Origin: an uncultured Opitutales bacterium
GTDB lineage: Bacteria; Verrucomicrobiota; Verrucomicrobiia; Opitutales; JABDGR01
Direction: 5' to 3'
Length of the DNA stretch: 64,000 nt
Assembly: GCA_964561455.1 (NCBI GenBank)
Contig: CAZLPS010000008.1
Location: 23,307 to 87,306, forward strand
Positions 44,913 to 55,345 of this stretch are shown piece after piece. Position 1 is the first letter of the stretch. Every line of letters begins with the position of its first letter. A model generated the notes under the pieces. It made no database searches. It was not told where the DNA came from and was given only the letters and a program-made list of their open reading frames with translations. The translations under genes were made by a program, and so were the position numbers.

Positions 44913-45644
44913 TTGGTTCTCCTTTCTTCCCGCGTGCGCCGATCCGTCATTTTTCCCGCCATTTTGCTGGCCACCGCCCTCGCGCTCCGCGCGGCGGCGC
45001 CGGACAATCTGACCCTGCCGCGGTCCGTTCCCACTCCCGACGACCTGCCCACGCTGCTGCTTCGCTATTTGCCCAATCCAGCGGCAATTATCCGACCGAC
45101 CGGACAACTGGATGTGGAGTTTTTTTTGCCCCGGCACCTGCTGCCGTCCGTGGCCAACATTCCGCCGCCGGAAACCCGAACGGTGGCGCAGCTCGAGGCA
45201 CTGCTCAATGAATATGTAGGCACCTGGCGGGGGGAAAGCACCTGGTATTCGACCGCCAGCGGCAAAATTCTGCATTATCCGACCGAATTAATTTATCGCT
45301 TTGAGGACCTGCCGGGCGGGCGCGTCCTTACGTGCATAATCACGTATCACATCAATGGCGCGCCCACCACCAGCCTCGCCCATTTATGGGTCGAACGCGG
45401 CCACATAGTCTCCGAGACGGCCCAAGGCGGGAAACGACAGCATTTCATTGCCCACACGGCTGGCGCTAATCTTATCTGGTCGGTAACGGACACCACCGAG
45501 GCCCTGTTCGACTTTGGCGAGACTGAAACTCTCCGGCTCACCGCCAATGGCGGGCATCTGACGACGACCGGATATGAGATTCAGCACAGCGCACAAGGCC
45601 CGGTCCTGGTGCACGAATCGAGCGATTTGGAATTGGCCAAGTGA
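44913..45644 (+). CDS. hypothetical secreted protein
   Basis: The ORF has a TTG start and a signal-like RRSVIFPAILLATALALRAAAP. The start codon is uncertain. The C-terminal half (YVGTWRGESTWYS...) is non-repetitive. No family was recognised with confidence. Confidence 0.5.
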   Translation: MVLLSSRVRRSVIFPAILLATALALRAAAPDNLTLPRSVPTPDDLPTLLLRYLPNPAAIIRPTGQLDVEFFLPRHLLPSVANIPPPETRTVAQLEALLNEYVGTWRGESTWYSTASGKILHYPTELIYRFEDLPGGRVLTCIITYHINGAPTTSLAHLWVERGHIVSETAQGGKRQHFIAHTAGANLIWSVTDTTEALFDFGETETLRLTANGGHLTTTGYEIQHSAQGPVLVHESSDLELAK

Positions 45645-45731
45645 ACGTGCCGCCAAGCCTTGCGCAAGCGGGCCGCTCTTTTCGCCTGGGGACGACGCGG
45701 TTCGTGGGGCGGATTTCCAAACACTATAATA

Positions 45732-46643
45732 CTAAGCACCAGCGCACTTTTTCTTGAGCGTTTCATACAATTCTTCAAGGCGGGGCAGCACGACACCGGC
45801 GGCGCGCGCACGGCGGGCGGGCTCACCCCAAATCGCCTCGACCTCGACTTCGCGGCCGGCCTGATAGTCCACCAAGCTTGAGGGCTTGTATGCCCCCATC
45901 GGTGGGGTGGCCTCCATTTGGCGCTGTAAAAAGGCTTCCGAAATGTTGAGGCCCAGAGCCGCCGCACCGGCACGAACTTCAAGCATCAACTCCCACGCCC
46001 GCGTCCGCCATTCGGGCCGGGCGAGGATGGCATCGGTCGTCACCCCGCCGGCCGCAATGGTCAGACCGTTGAACGGCACGTTCCACACCAGCTTGCGCCA
46101 CAAGGCGTCCGCCAGCGAGTCCACCGCCGCGCATTCCACGCCAGCCCGAACCAGGCGGGTTGCCAGATCGGAGGTGCGCGCACGGGCCGGGCCAAAAGCC
46201 TCGCCCAGGCGCACGCTGCCGGGAATGTACTTTTCAATCACACCCGGCGCCACCCGGTTGATGCAGACAAACGCCAGGCCGCCCAACACGCGCTCCGCGC
46301 CGGCGTAACCTGCATGAAATTCCACATTGCCGAGGCCGTTCTGCAAGGTCAGCACGAACGTTTGCTCCTTGAGCAACGGGCGCACGAGCGGCGGCAGCGA
46401 CGGGTTCGCCGTGGATTTGGCGGCGATGATGACGCCATCGCAAGGACCAATTGTCTCCGCCCGGTCGTGCGCCTGCGCCGGGTGCAGCGTCCAGACGCCT
46501 TCGTGGTCCGTGATGCGCCAGCCCCGGTCGCGCACGGCCGCATAATCCGCCCGGAGAAGAAAATGAACTTCGTCGCCTGCCCGGGCCAGCCGTGCGCCAT
46601 AATAGCCGCCGACGGCCCCGGAACCAACAATGGCGATTTTCAT
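45732..46643 (-). CDS. panE: 2-dehydropantoate 2-reductase (ketopantoate reductase, ApbA/PanE family)
   Basis: MKIAIVGSGAVGGYYGARLARAG is a Rossmann GxGxxG motif. The length (303 aa) and the C-terminal ..SSLVDYQAGREVEVEAIWG.. pattern are typical of PanE. Confidence 0.85.
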   Translation of the reverse strand: MKIAIVGSGAVGGYYGARLARAGDEVHFLLRADYAAVRDRGWRITDHEGVWTLHPAQAHDRAETIGPCDGVIIAAKSTANPSLPPLVRPLLKEQTFVLTLQNGLGNVEFHAGYAGAERVLGGLAFVCINRVAPGVIEKYIPGSVRLGEAFGPARARTSDLATRLVRAGVECAAVDSLADALWRKLVWNVPFNGLTIAAGGVTTDAILARPEWRTRAWELMLEVRAGAAALGLNISEAFLQRQMEATPPMGAYKPSSLVDYQAGREVEVEAIWGEPARRARAAGVVLPRLEELYETLKKKCAGA

Positions 46644-46664
46644 GGTAAAAAAACCACGGCCACC

Positions 46665-47276
46665 CTACCCGCGCTTCATCTCCTCCAACTGCGGCTGCAC
46701 GTGAACCTGGAAACAATCCGGGCAAATACTGTGGCTGAATTTGATATCCGAATACCGGGCGAGGTATTCCTCGACCTGCTGCCAATAGTCGCGGTCATTG
46801 CGGATCTTTTTACAAAACTGACAGATCGGCAGGAGCCCGCTGAGCGTGTTGACGCGCGCCAGCGCATCACCCAGCTCCCGCACGCGCGCCTGCAGGCTCT
46901 GCTGGAGCTCAACCATCTGGACGCCAATTTTCACCCGGGCGAGCAATTCGTCCTTATGGTACGGTTTGATGATATAGTCGTTCGCGCCCGCCTTGAGGCC
47001 GGTGACGATGTCTTCCTTGCTGTCGCGAATGGTGAGCAGCAGTAGAAACATGGGCGGCAGGTCCGTCAACAAGCGGGCCTGGCGGCATACCTCGGGCCCT
47101 TCCAATAGCGGCATCTGCCAGTCAATCAATCCCACCACCGGTTCCGTGGCTTCTTTCAGCAAGTCCAGCGCCTCGACCCCGTTCCGCGCCTCAATAATTT
47201 CATAACCTTCCGACGCCAGCAAAACCTGGAGGAGGCGGCGGTTGACCACGTGGTCATCGGCGACAAGGATTTTCAT
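46665..47276 (-). CDS. response regulator: REC domain + C-terminal four-Cys 'LPIC..CKKIR' module
   Basis: The REC domain is canonical: DD (ADDH), the phospho-acceptor D in GLIDWQMP, T in LLLTIRD, and K in DYIIKPY. After a coiled linker comes GLLPICQFCKKIRNDRDYWQQVEEYLARYSDIKFSHSICPDCF (CxxC...CxxC). The start overlaps the stop of the M16 peptidase gene (ATGA). Confidence 0.85.
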   Translation of the reverse strand: MKILVADDHVVNRRLLQVLLASEGYEIIEARNGVEALDLLKEATEPVVGLIDWQMPLLEGPEVCRQARLLTDLPPMFLLLLTIRDSKEDIVTGLKAGANDYIIKPYHKDELLARVKIGVQMVELQQSLQARVRELGDALARVNTLSGLLPICQFCKKIRNDRDYWQQVEEYLARYSDIKFSHSICPDCFQVHVQPQLEEMKRG

Positions 47277-50236
47277 GGCGAGCTGGAGCCGCTGGCGGCG
47301 GCCGACGCGGGTTGGGCGGTGGCCGTGGCGGCCGGCGCTTCAGGTACAACAAGCACGCGCACCGCATGCTCGGCGCCAAAAAATTCCTTGGCTGCGGCGC
47401 TGACTTGCTCCGGCGTGATGGCGTCATAGGCCGTGGCCAGGGTGCGGGCGCGTTCCGCCCGCTGGGGAAATGCCTGCGAGCCGGCCAAGACGCGCCCCAG
47501 CCAGTAGGAATTTTGCCGGCGGTATTCGACGATGCTTTTGCGCACGGGCGTGATGGCGCGGTCAAATTCGTCCTGGGTGACCCCGTTTTTGGCGAGTTCG
47601 TCTCCCATCGTGCGGGCAAGGTCAGCCAGCTCGGCGGTCAATTTTGGATCAACCGTAATGAGGGCTTCCGCGAATCCATAGCCGGGAAAGGTATCGCTGG
47701 AGCTGTTGCCCACATCGGGGCTGTAGGCCGCACCAAGCTTTTGTCGCACTTGCACGCGCAGGCGGTCCGTAAACACTTCGGCGACCACGGAAAGAATCCG
47801 GACCCGCTGAATGTCAGACTGGTCGCAGGTCGGCCAGCAAATAAACGCCTCGGCTTTGGGGATGGCGGACGGCACCGTAAAGGTTTTGACCGTGCCCTCT
47901 GCGGCCACGGGGAATTTGACATTCTGCACCGCGCTGTAATCGGGCCGTTTGTCCGCCCGGGCGGGCAAGGTTCCAAACGTCGCGGCCAGTGCGGTCTTCA
48001 TGGCGGCTGGGTCAAAATCCCCGACAATGGAAATCTCCAGGTAACTGTCTTTTAAAATCGGGTTGAGCCACGCGCGCAGGTCGTCCATGGTCAATGCCTC
48101 GGCTTGGGCTTGGGAGGGAAAACCAAACCGGTAATCATCGCTGGCCAGAAAGCGGGGCACTTCGTTTTCGAGAACGGCTTCGACGTTCTGGCGCAGACTG
48201 GTGAACAACATGGGCATCATGCGGCGGGCCAGCGCCAGCGCCTCCGGCCGGTAACCGGGGTCGGTGATGTACGCCTTGAGCAATTCCAGCTCCAGCCGGA
48301 AGTCGCCGGGGCTGGTGACGCCGCCAAGGGCAAAAAAATCCAAACCCGTGGAGAAAGCGGCGCCGACGGTCTTGCCAGCCAGAATTTGTTCCAACTCGTC
48401 GGCGCTGTGCTTGCCCAAACCACCCTCGGTGAAGACGTGGTCGGCGGCCAAGGCGAGGGCCGGTTTGTCGGCCGGCAAATCCAACCGTCCACCACCAAAT
48501 TGCACGAGAATGTGAATTTTATCCTTTTCAAAATCGGTCGCCTTGAGATTGACGCGTACATTATTGGCGAAGCGCAATTGCGTGATGCCGAGGTCGGCCA
48601 CCTCCTTGCTCTCCACAATTTGGCCCGGCGCGCCGGTGCTGGCATAGGCGAAGGCAGCCGCGGCATTGTCCGTGGGTTTGTCAATTTTTGTGGCGGCGCT
48701 CTGGTTGTAGGCGGCGGCCACCGCGGCGTCCGTCAAATCGAGGTTGCCGCTGACAAACAACCGCCGGCCCGAGCGGCCCCAAGCCTCTTTGAGCGCGGTC
48801 TGGCATTGCTCGGGGGTCAAGGCGGCGAGCACCGGCTTGGCCAGTTCCAAATCCTGGGCCGGGCTGGTAAATACCTGGTTCTCATCCAGGGAACTGGCCA
48901 CGGTGCTGGCGATGGCGCCGGATTTGCGCGTCGACGCCTGCTTGGCTGATTGCTCGAAATCATTCACCAGGGACGCACGGGCCTCGGCGACCTCCGCGGC
49001 CGTGAATCCATAATCCAGCGCGCGGCGCAATTCCTGTTCAGCCACATTCAGCGCCGCCTGCCACTGGCCGGGCTGGCACTCGGCTTCAATCTGTGAAGCC
49101 TCCACGGCGTCAAAATACGCACCACTGCTGGCCGAAGCGCCGGTGATGGGCGCGTTGGGCTGGCGCGCAATGCGCTCAAAACGCCGGCTGACGATGTAAT
49201 TGGCGGCTTCCAGTTTCAATTCCGCGGCCTCGCGTGCGACACTGTCAGGGCCAAGGTCGAAGGGCGCAATGGTGCCCAAATCCAGCGTGATGGCCGGCGC
49301 TTCCGCTTCACGGTGAAAGGTGGCTTGGAATCCGGGCGAGCCAAACTTGCCCAAATCAGGGTCGGGCGATTCCGTCCGTGGCTTAATGGCACCAAAATAT
49401 TCTTTGATCAAAGGCAAAAGATCGTCCGGCTTGATGTCACCGACGGCGACGAGCGTCATGCGCCCCGGAGTGTACCACTTGTTATAAAAGTCCGCAAACC
49501 GGTCGCGCCCGGATTCGCGGATGATGTTCTCCAGGCCAATGGGTTGGCGGAGCGAAAACAAGGTGTTCGGAAAGGCAAAATCCATTTCCGCCACCCCGGT
49601 GCGGTAGCCCACATTGTCGCGGTCCCGCTTTTCCGAGAGGATGACGCCGCGCTCGCGGTCCACTTCGGTCTGCAGCAGCAGCAGGCCATCGGCATCGTCT
49701 TGAAATAGCTGCAAACAATCGCGCACGGTCTTGTCGGCCACGTCCGGCAATTCCAACATGTAGAGCGTGCGGTCGTAACTCGTGTTGGCGTTGGTGTCGG
49801 CCCCAAATGCGAGACCCAAATGCTGGAAGAAGCCGACCATTTCCCCCGGCGGAAAATGCTTCCCCCCGTTGAAGGCCATGTGCTCGAGGAAATGAGCCAG
49901 CCCGCGCTGCTGGTCGGTTTCCATGAACGAGCCGGCGTTCACGCGCAGACGCAGGCTCATGCGGCCAGGCGGCTCCTTGTTCGGCACAATGACATACCGA
50001 AAGCCGTTGGGCAGTACGCCAAAGATGGCGGTGGGATCCGGCTTGATGTCACTTTTATCCTGGGGCCACGCTTTGGTGGGCGAAGCCGTTGCCTTTGGCG
50101 CCGCCGGGGCCGACGGCGCATCCGCCGTTGTCGTCGCCGACTTGCTGCAACCGGCAAACGCCAGCACAGAAAGTGCGCATAGGGCCGGCCACCATGCCCG
50201 GCTGCCGATAGAGAGGGGGAGTCGTTGGGATTTCAT
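47273..50236 (-). CDS. M16 (pitrilysin/insulinase) family zinc peptidase, double-length, lipoprotein
   Basis: GLAHFLEHMAFNG contains the inverted zincin motif HxxEH. At 987 aa it corresponds to two M16 active/inactive domain pairs. The N-terminal signal has the lipobox LAFAGC. Confidence 0.88.
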   Translation of the reverse strand: MKSQRLPLSIGSRAWWPALCALSVLAFAGCSKSATTTADAPSAPAAPKATASPTKAWPQDKSDIKPDPTAIFGVLPNGFRYVIVPNKEPPGRMSLRLRVNAGSFMETDQQRGLAHFLEHMAFNGGKHFPPGEMVGFFQHLGLAFGADTNANTSYDRTLYMLELPDVADKTVRDCLQLFQDDADGLLLLQTEVDRERGVILSEKRDRDNVGYRTGVAEMDFAFPNTLFSLRQPIGLENIIRESGRDRFADFYNKWYTPGRMTLVAVGDIKPDDLLPLIKEYFGAIKPRTESPDPDLGKFGSPGFQATFHREAEAPAITLDLGTIAPFDLGPDSVAREAAELKLEAANYIVSRRFERIARQPNAPITGASASSGAYFDAVEASQIEAECQPGQWQAALNVAEQELRRALDYGFTAAEVAEARASLVNDFEQSAKQASTRKSGAIASTVASSLDENQVFTSPAQDLELAKPVLAALTPEQCQTALKEAWGRSGRRLFVSGNLDLTDAAVAAAYNQSAATKIDKPTDNAAAAFAYASTGAPGQIVESKEVADLGITQLRFANNVRVNLKATDFEKDKIHILVQFGGGRLDLPADKPALALAADHVFTEGGLGKHSADELEQILAGKTVGAAFSTGLDFFALGGVTSPGDFRLELELLKAYITDPGYRPEALALARRMMPMLFTSLRQNVEAVLENEVPRFLASDDYRFGFPSQAQAEALTMDDLRAWLNPILKDSYLEISIVGDFDPAAMKTALAATFGTLPARADKRPDYSAVQNVKFPVAAEGTVKTFTVPSAIPKAEAFICWPTCDQSDIQRVRILSVVAEVFTDRLRVQVRQKLGAAYSPDVGNSSSDTFPGYGFAEALITVDPKLTAELADLARTMGDELAKNGVTQDEFDRAITPVRKSIVEYRRQNSYWLGRVLAGSQAFPQRAERARTLATAYDAITPEQVSAAAKEFFGAEHAVRVLVVPEAPAATATAQPASAAASGSSSP

Positions 50237-50358
50237 ACAAGCCGGAGTTGCGTTTTGGCCTAAAACCCGATGCTGTAAATGGTTTCCTCCCAGAGGGCAA
50301 TCCTTCCCAGAAAGGGAAACCCCCTAATTTTGGCCCAAAGCAGGCCCGCGCGACACTC

Positions 50359-51684
50359 ATGATCTGGTTTTACCGCATACTTTTCCTCCCGGTATTGGTG
50401 GTGCTCCTGCCCTATTACGCCTGCCGGATGTGGCGGCGGGGCGGTTACCGCCACGATTTCCACCATCGCTTCGGCCTGATTGACCGCCCGCCGCCCAAAC
50501 GGGCGGGCATGAGGCGCATTTGGCTGCAAGCGGTCAGCGTCGGTGAGGCAAAAGCACTGGGACCGCTGCTCGCGGGTCTCAATGCCCTGCCCAACACGGA
50601 AGTTGTTGTCACCACGACCACCAGCACGGGCTATGAGATTCTGCGCGAGAAATTTGCGGCCAGCGTGCTCAAGGTGGGAATCTTTCCCCTCGATTTTTGG
50701 CCGTTCAGCCGCAACGCCTGGCGGCGGCTCAATCCCGACCTGGTTCTGCTGATGGAGGCCGAGTTGTGGCCGGAACACCTCCATCAAGCGCAACTGCGCG
50801 GGGTGCCGGTGGCGCTCATCAACGCCCGCATGTCCGACCGGTCCTTCGCCCGTTACCAAAAAGTGTCCGGCGTCGCCCGCTGGCTCCTCGGCCAGTTGCG
50901 CGAGATCCAGTGTTCGAGTGCATCCGATCAATCGCGGTTTATCCAACTCGGCGCCGACCCAGGCCGCATACGCCTGAGCGGTAACCTCAAATTTGACGCC
51001 GCGGCCCAGATTCCCATCCTCACCGAAAATGAACGCACCGCCTTGCGCGACGAGCTCGGATTTGGTTCACCGGTCAAACTCGAATCGCAAAACGCAAAAC
51101 CGGTCTCGCCCCTCGTCCTGCTCGGCTCCTCGACTTGGTATGGGGAAGAGTCCGTGTTGTTGGAAGTGCAGCAGGCGGCCGTGGCCTCGGGTTTGGATGT
51201 GCGTTTGCTGCTCGTGCCGCGACATGCGGAACGCCGGGGGGAAATCATTTCGCTGCTGGAAAAACAGCCGCTCCCCTGGCACGCGCGTTCCGCCGCGCGC
51301 CAATCGCCACTGCCGGTGAGCATTTATTTGGGGGATACAACCGGCGAACTCGCCCGGCTGACGCAGGCTGCCGACGTGGCTTTCATCGGCAAGAGCCTTC
51401 CTCCGCACTCGGAGGGCCAAACCCCCATCGAGGCGGCGGCCCTCGGCCTTCCGCTCGTTTATGGGCCCAGAATGAGCAATTTTCGCGACGCCTGCCGCAG
51501 CCTCGAGGATGCCGGCGCCGCTTGGCGGGTGGACGACGCCACCTCCGCCCACCTTGCCCTGATCGCACTGTTGCAAGACCCCACGCGCCGCGCCCAAATG
51601 AGCGCTGCGGGCCGGGCCTGGCAGGCCGCCAACCAAGGTGCCACCGCCCGCACCGTCGCGGCGCTCCAGGAGATCCTGAAGTAA
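50359..51684 (+). CDS. waaA: 3-deoxy-D-manno-octulosonic acid (Kdo) transferase
   Basis: ATG 50359 gives MIWFYRILFLPVLVVLLPYY.... IWLQAVSVGEAKALGPLL (the 'H/Q-A-VSVGE' motif) and the C-terminal ...GKSL...GQTPIEAAALGLPLVYGP are typical of WaaA/KdtA. Confidence 0.85.
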   Translation: MIWFYRILFLPVLVVLLPYYACRMWRRGGYRHDFHHRFGLIDRPPPKRAGMRRIWLQAVSVGEAKALGPLLAGLNALPNTEVVVTTTTSTGYEILREKFAASVLKVGIFPLDFWPFSRNAWRRLNPDLVLLMEAELWPEHLHQAQLRGVPVALINARMSDRSFARYQKVSGVARWLLGQLREIQCSSASDQSRFIQLGADPGRIRLSGNLKFDAAAQIPILTENERTALRDELGFGSPVKLESQNAKPVSPLVLLGSSTWYGEESVLLEVQQAAVASGLDVRLLLVPRHAERRGEIISLLEKQPLPWHARSAARQSPLPVSIYLGDTTGELARLTQAADVAFIGKSLPPHSEGQTPIEAAALGLPLVYGPRMSNFRDACRSLEDAGAAWRVDDATSAHLALIALLQDPTRRAQMSAAGRAWQAANQGATARTVAALQEILK

Positions 51685-51690
51685 GCAGCC

Positions 51691-53022
51691 TTACTGGGAA
51701 ATGCTGTCGCGGTACGATTCTTTCGCCATCCACACGGCGAAAAGCGAGATCAGGCCCAGTACCGCCAAATAGACGGCGACCAGCCAGGGCTGGTTGCCAT
51801 CCAGCTTCACCAAATACGTCGCGATGAACGGCGCCATCCCGCCCGCCAGCGGCGTGGTCAACCCGTAGCCGAGGGAGGCGCCGCTGTATCGCAATTGCGT
51901 GGGAAACATCTCCGCGAAAAACGCCGCCTGCGGCGCGTACATCGCCGCGTGAATGACGCCGATCAACAACACCATCGCCAGGCAAATGCAGGCTTCATTG
52001 CGCGTGTTGAGGGCCGCGAAAAATGGAAATACGCAAAGGGCAAACAGCCCGTTGCCCCACATGCACACACCCCTTCGGCCCAGGCGGTCCGATACTCCGG
52101 CCCAAATGGGAATCATCAGCGCTTCCATCGCCGCGGCCAACACCACCGCATGCTGCACCATCCGTTCCACATTCACCCCCGGCGTGGATAAATGCGTCTG
52201 CGCATAGGTCAGCGCATAGACCGTCAGGATAAAGAAGCCCGCGTTCTCGGCAAAGCGCACGCCGATGACGAGTAAGACTTTGCGCCACTGCTGATTCCAG
52301 ACCTCCCGGAGCGGATTCCGCGCCACCGCGCCCGTCCGCGCCGCTTTTTCAAACAACGGCGTTTCGGAAACTCGCTTGCGAATAATGAGGCCCACGCCCG
52401 TCAGCACCAGCCCGAACCAAAAACAAATCCGCCAGCCCCACTGCAGCAAAAAATCCTCGCCGGGTAACGCGGCCAGCGCAAACACCCCGTTCGCCAGCAG
52501 CAGCCCCACGGGCACGCCAATTTGCGCCCAACTGCCGTGCAATCCGCGGCGCCCTTTGTGCCCGTGTTCGACCGCCATCAATGCCGCCCCGCCCCATTCG
52601 CCACCAATCGCCAGCCCCTGGCCAAAGCGCAATAGTACCAGCAAAATTGGCGCCAGCATCCCCGCCGAATTATAGGATGGCAGGCAACCGATGAGAAATG
52701 TCGCCGCGCCCATCAACCCCATCGTCCACACCAGCGTGGTCTTGCGCCCGAGTTTGTCCCCCAAATGCCCGAAAACGACACTACCCACCGGGCGGGCAAA
52801 AAACCCGACTGCATACGTGGCAAACGCCTTCAAGGCCCCGGATTGCGGACTGGAGTCCGGAAAAAACAGCCGTGGTATGACCAGCGCGGCCGCCGTGCCG
52901 TAAAGAAAAAAATCATACCACTCAATGGCCGCCCCCATGAACGCCGACAGCACCGCCTTGCGCAATTCGACCGCCTCGGTGCGGGATAGCACCGGGGCTT
53001 CAGCGGGGTGGGGCGAAACCAT
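51691..53022 (-). CDS. MFS transporter, metabolite:H+ symporter (MHS) family
   Basis: ATG 53022 gives MVSPHPAEAP.... AAIEWYDFFLYG, VFGHLGDKLGRKTTL and about 12 hydrophobic segments form the MHS-family (ProP/KgtP/ShiA-like) pattern. Confidence 0.85.
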   Translation of the reverse strand: MVSPHPAEAPVLSRTEAVELRKAVLSAFMGAAIEWYDFFLYGTAAALVIPRLFFPDSSPQSGALKAFATYAVGFFARPVGSVVFGHLGDKLGRKTTLVWTMGLMGAATFLIGCLPSYNSAGMLAPILLVLLRFGQGLAIGGEWGGAALMAVEHGHKGRRGLHGSWAQIGVPVGLLLANGVFALAALPGEDFLLQWGWRICFWFGLVLTGVGLIIRKRVSETPLFEKAARTGAVARNPLREVWNQQWRKVLLVIGVRFAENAGFFILTVYALTYAQTHLSTPGVNVERMVQHAVVLAAAMEALMIPIWAGVSDRLGRRGVCMWGNGLFALCVFPFFAALNTRNEACICLAMVLLIGVIHAAMYAPQAAFFAEMFPTQLRYSGASLGYGLTTPLAGGMAPFIATYLVKLDGNQPWLVAVYLAVLGLISLFAVWMAKESYRDSISQ

Positions 53023-53121
53023 GAAGGGCAAACTATGATGGATGAATAACGAATTACGAAGCCGAAAATCACTCATCCTCCCGCGTCGCAAACTTTTCCG
53101 GCACCCGGCCGGGAATCCCGC

Positions 53122-53892
53122 TTACGGCAGACGGGTCATTTCCGCGCGGGCCAAATCGTACTCCGCGTAACTCTTAATTCCCGTGTTGACGCATTTTCCA
53201 AACAAGTCGCGCGCACCGGGGCTGTCACCTTTCAACAGGCGGACCATGCCCGCATAGAAATAGGCTTCACATTGGCGCAGGGGGACGGTCTTCTCATCGC
53301 CAGCTGCGGCCGCATAGAGCAACGCCTCCTCGGTCATTTCCCCAATCAGAAAACGCCCCACGTTCTTCGACCATCCTTCCGGTGGTTCTTTCGCCACGGC
53401 CTCCACCAGCCCCGCTGGCGCAAGGTCGCGGTGCAGGCGGCTCAGGGTCAGCGCCAGTTGGAACCGGATGTTGTCCGCGCTTTCTCCGTCCGCCGGCGTC
53501 AGCGACAGGGCTTTGGTATAATCCGCAATCGCGCCGTCAAAATCCCCCTGCAGGTCCTTGAGCACGGCGCGCCGGTAGAATGCCAGGGAGTTGCTGCCAT
53601 CGAGGCTGATGGCTTGATTGTAGTCCGCCATCGCGACGTCGCGCAGGTCTCGCTTTACCTCGGCCATGGCGCGGTTGAGGATGGCGAGAGCATTTTTGGG
53701 ATCGGCCTCCAAAACTTGGTTGTAAACGGCAACGGCACCATCCAAGTCCCCTGCATCGCGCTTGGCGTTTCCCCGGTTAATATCGTCCGTCGCCGACGGC
53801 CCGGAAGAAAAGCACCCCGCAACGGCCAGCATCGCGAACGCCAGCAGTCCTTTGAATGAATGTCGCGAAACCATGGTAGTCCTTGATTTCAA
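53122..53892 (-). CDS. TPR-repeat lipoprotein
   Basis: Signal plus lipobox LAVAGC. Repeated 34-aa TPR-like units follow (GDLDGAVAVYNQVLEADPKNALAILNRAMA..., RDVAMADYNQAISLDGSNSLAFYRRAV..., GDFDGAIADYTKALSLTP...). Confidence 0.8.
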   Translation of the reverse strand: MKSRTTMVSRHSFKGLLAFAMLAVAGCFSSGPSATDDINRGNAKRDAGDLDGAVAVYNQVLEADPKNALAILNRAMAEVKRDLRDVAMADYNQAISLDGSNSLAFYRRAVLKDLQGDFDGAIADYTKALSLTPADGESADNIRFQLALTLSRLHRDLAPAGLVEAVAKEPPEGWSKNVGRFLIGEMTEEALLYAAAAGDEKTVPLRQCEAYFYAGMVRLLKGDSPGARDLFGKCVNTGIKSYAEYDLARAEMTRLP

Positions 53893-54111
53893 TCAGTTCC
53901 CCCCCTCCTGGCAAGCCATTTGGCGCATCTCCCTTTGGAAAGCGATTTCGCTAAATATGAATTTTAGTTCGGCATCCGTCCACCTTTCGCACCTTCCCGC
54001 CAAACCCAAGGATGGACTACGCCCCAAACTTAGTCATAATTCCAACTTCCCCCTCCCTGGCATTCAGCCTTTGGCCTTTTGTCCAATTCATCATTAAAGA
54101 GTTTTCCCTTC

Positions 54112-54975
54112 ATGCCCTCCGATACCCCTCATCTGCCCAGCGACGCACCCCCTTCCGGCTGGCCCCTCAAAGCCTACGACAATCCCGCTTTCCTCAGCAG
54201 CCCCGAAGGGCGCCTCATCCGCGTCATGTGCGAAATGACCGAGCCCGGCGGCCGCCTGCGCCGCCAGCAGATTCAAAACACCCTCGTCTTTTTTGGCTCG
54301 GCCCGTTTGAAATCTCCCGAAGACGCCCAGAAAGACCTCGCGGCGGTGGAGGCGGAAATCCGCCTGAAGCCGGCGATGAGCCGCGAACAAAAAATCCTGC
54401 TCGACCGCGCCCGCAAAAACGTCCTCTCCGCGCCCTATTACGACAAGGCCCGCGAGCTGGCCAAGGAGCTCACCCAGTGGTCCCAGTCCATCCCGGACCC
54501 CGCCCGGCGCTTTCCGGTCTGCACCGGCGGTGGCCCCGGTATCATGGAAGCGGCCAATCGCGGGGCAAACGAAGCTGGCGGCCCCAGCCTTGGCCTCGGC
54601 ATCAGCCTCCCCCACGAGCAAAACATGAATCCCTACTGCACCCCGGAACTCTCCTTCGAATTTCACTATTTCTTTGTGCGCAAATACTGGTTCTTCTACC
54701 TCGCCAAGGCGCTCATCGCCTTCCCCGGCGGCTTCGGCACCCTCGATGAGTTGTTCGAAATTCTCACCCTCATCCAAACCCGCAAAACCAAAAAATACGT
54801 CCCGGTCGTCCTGTTCGGCTCCGAATTCTGGCGCCCCCTCATCAATTGGGACCACTTCATTGACTGGGGCGTCATCAGCGAGGAAGACATCGGCCTCTTC
54901 AAAATCTGCGACACCGTCCGCGAAGCCAGGGATTACCTCATCGGCGAATTGACCAAATATTACGTCGAACCGTAG
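54112..54975 (+). CDS. LOG-family (TIGR00730, 'lysine decarboxylase-like') nucleotide phosphoribohydrolase
   Basis: VCTGGGPGIMEAANRGA and PGGFGTLDELFEILTLIQT are the LOG-family motifs. ATG 54112 gives MPSDTPHLPSD.... Confidence 0.85.
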   Translation: MPSDTPHLPSDAPPSGWPLKAYDNPAFLSSPEGRLIRVMCEMTEPGGRLRRQQIQNTLVFFGSARLKSPEDAQKDLAAVEAEIRLKPAMSREQKILLDRARKNVLSAPYYDKARELAKELTQWSQSIPDPARRFPVCTGGGPGIMEAANRGANEAGGPSLGLGISLPHEQNMNPYCTPELSFEFHYFFVRKYWFFYLAKALIAFPGGFGTLDELFEILTLIQTRKTKKYVPVVLFGSEFWRPLINWDHFIDWGVISEEDIGLFKICDTVREARDYLIGELTKYYVEP

Positions 54976-55345
54976 AAAATCTCGGAATCCGGGTGGGCCG
55001 TGTTGCGGAAATTGAGATTGGCGAACACAGATGGGCTCCGTTTTGATCGGGCTCCGCGGATGGGACGCCAGGCCGTGGTCGTGATTTTCCGGCAATTGCC
55101 GCCAATTTGTCGTGGAACGGAAGAAAGGAACTGGGCATAGTGCGAATAGTCGGGAACGTCCAAATTTTGACGCTCCATGCTCCCTGCCGAAGGGAGGGGG
55201 CCCGGCGATAAAACTTGAAACTGGATATATCACGACATGTGGAACTGCGGCAACCACGGCGCGCCACCGCTTGGTTGCTTCAATCAAACAAAAAATGGCC
55301 CAAGCCAAACTTGCCATCGTCTCTGGCCGGAGCTATTTTATCCTC

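Noticed and set aside
55000-55345. About 345-bp spacer upstream of the ModE-N-like regulator as a possible Moco riboswitch.
   Set aside because: I could not identify the conserved Moco-motif elements by eye. An Infernal/Rfam scan would be needed, so no claim is made.
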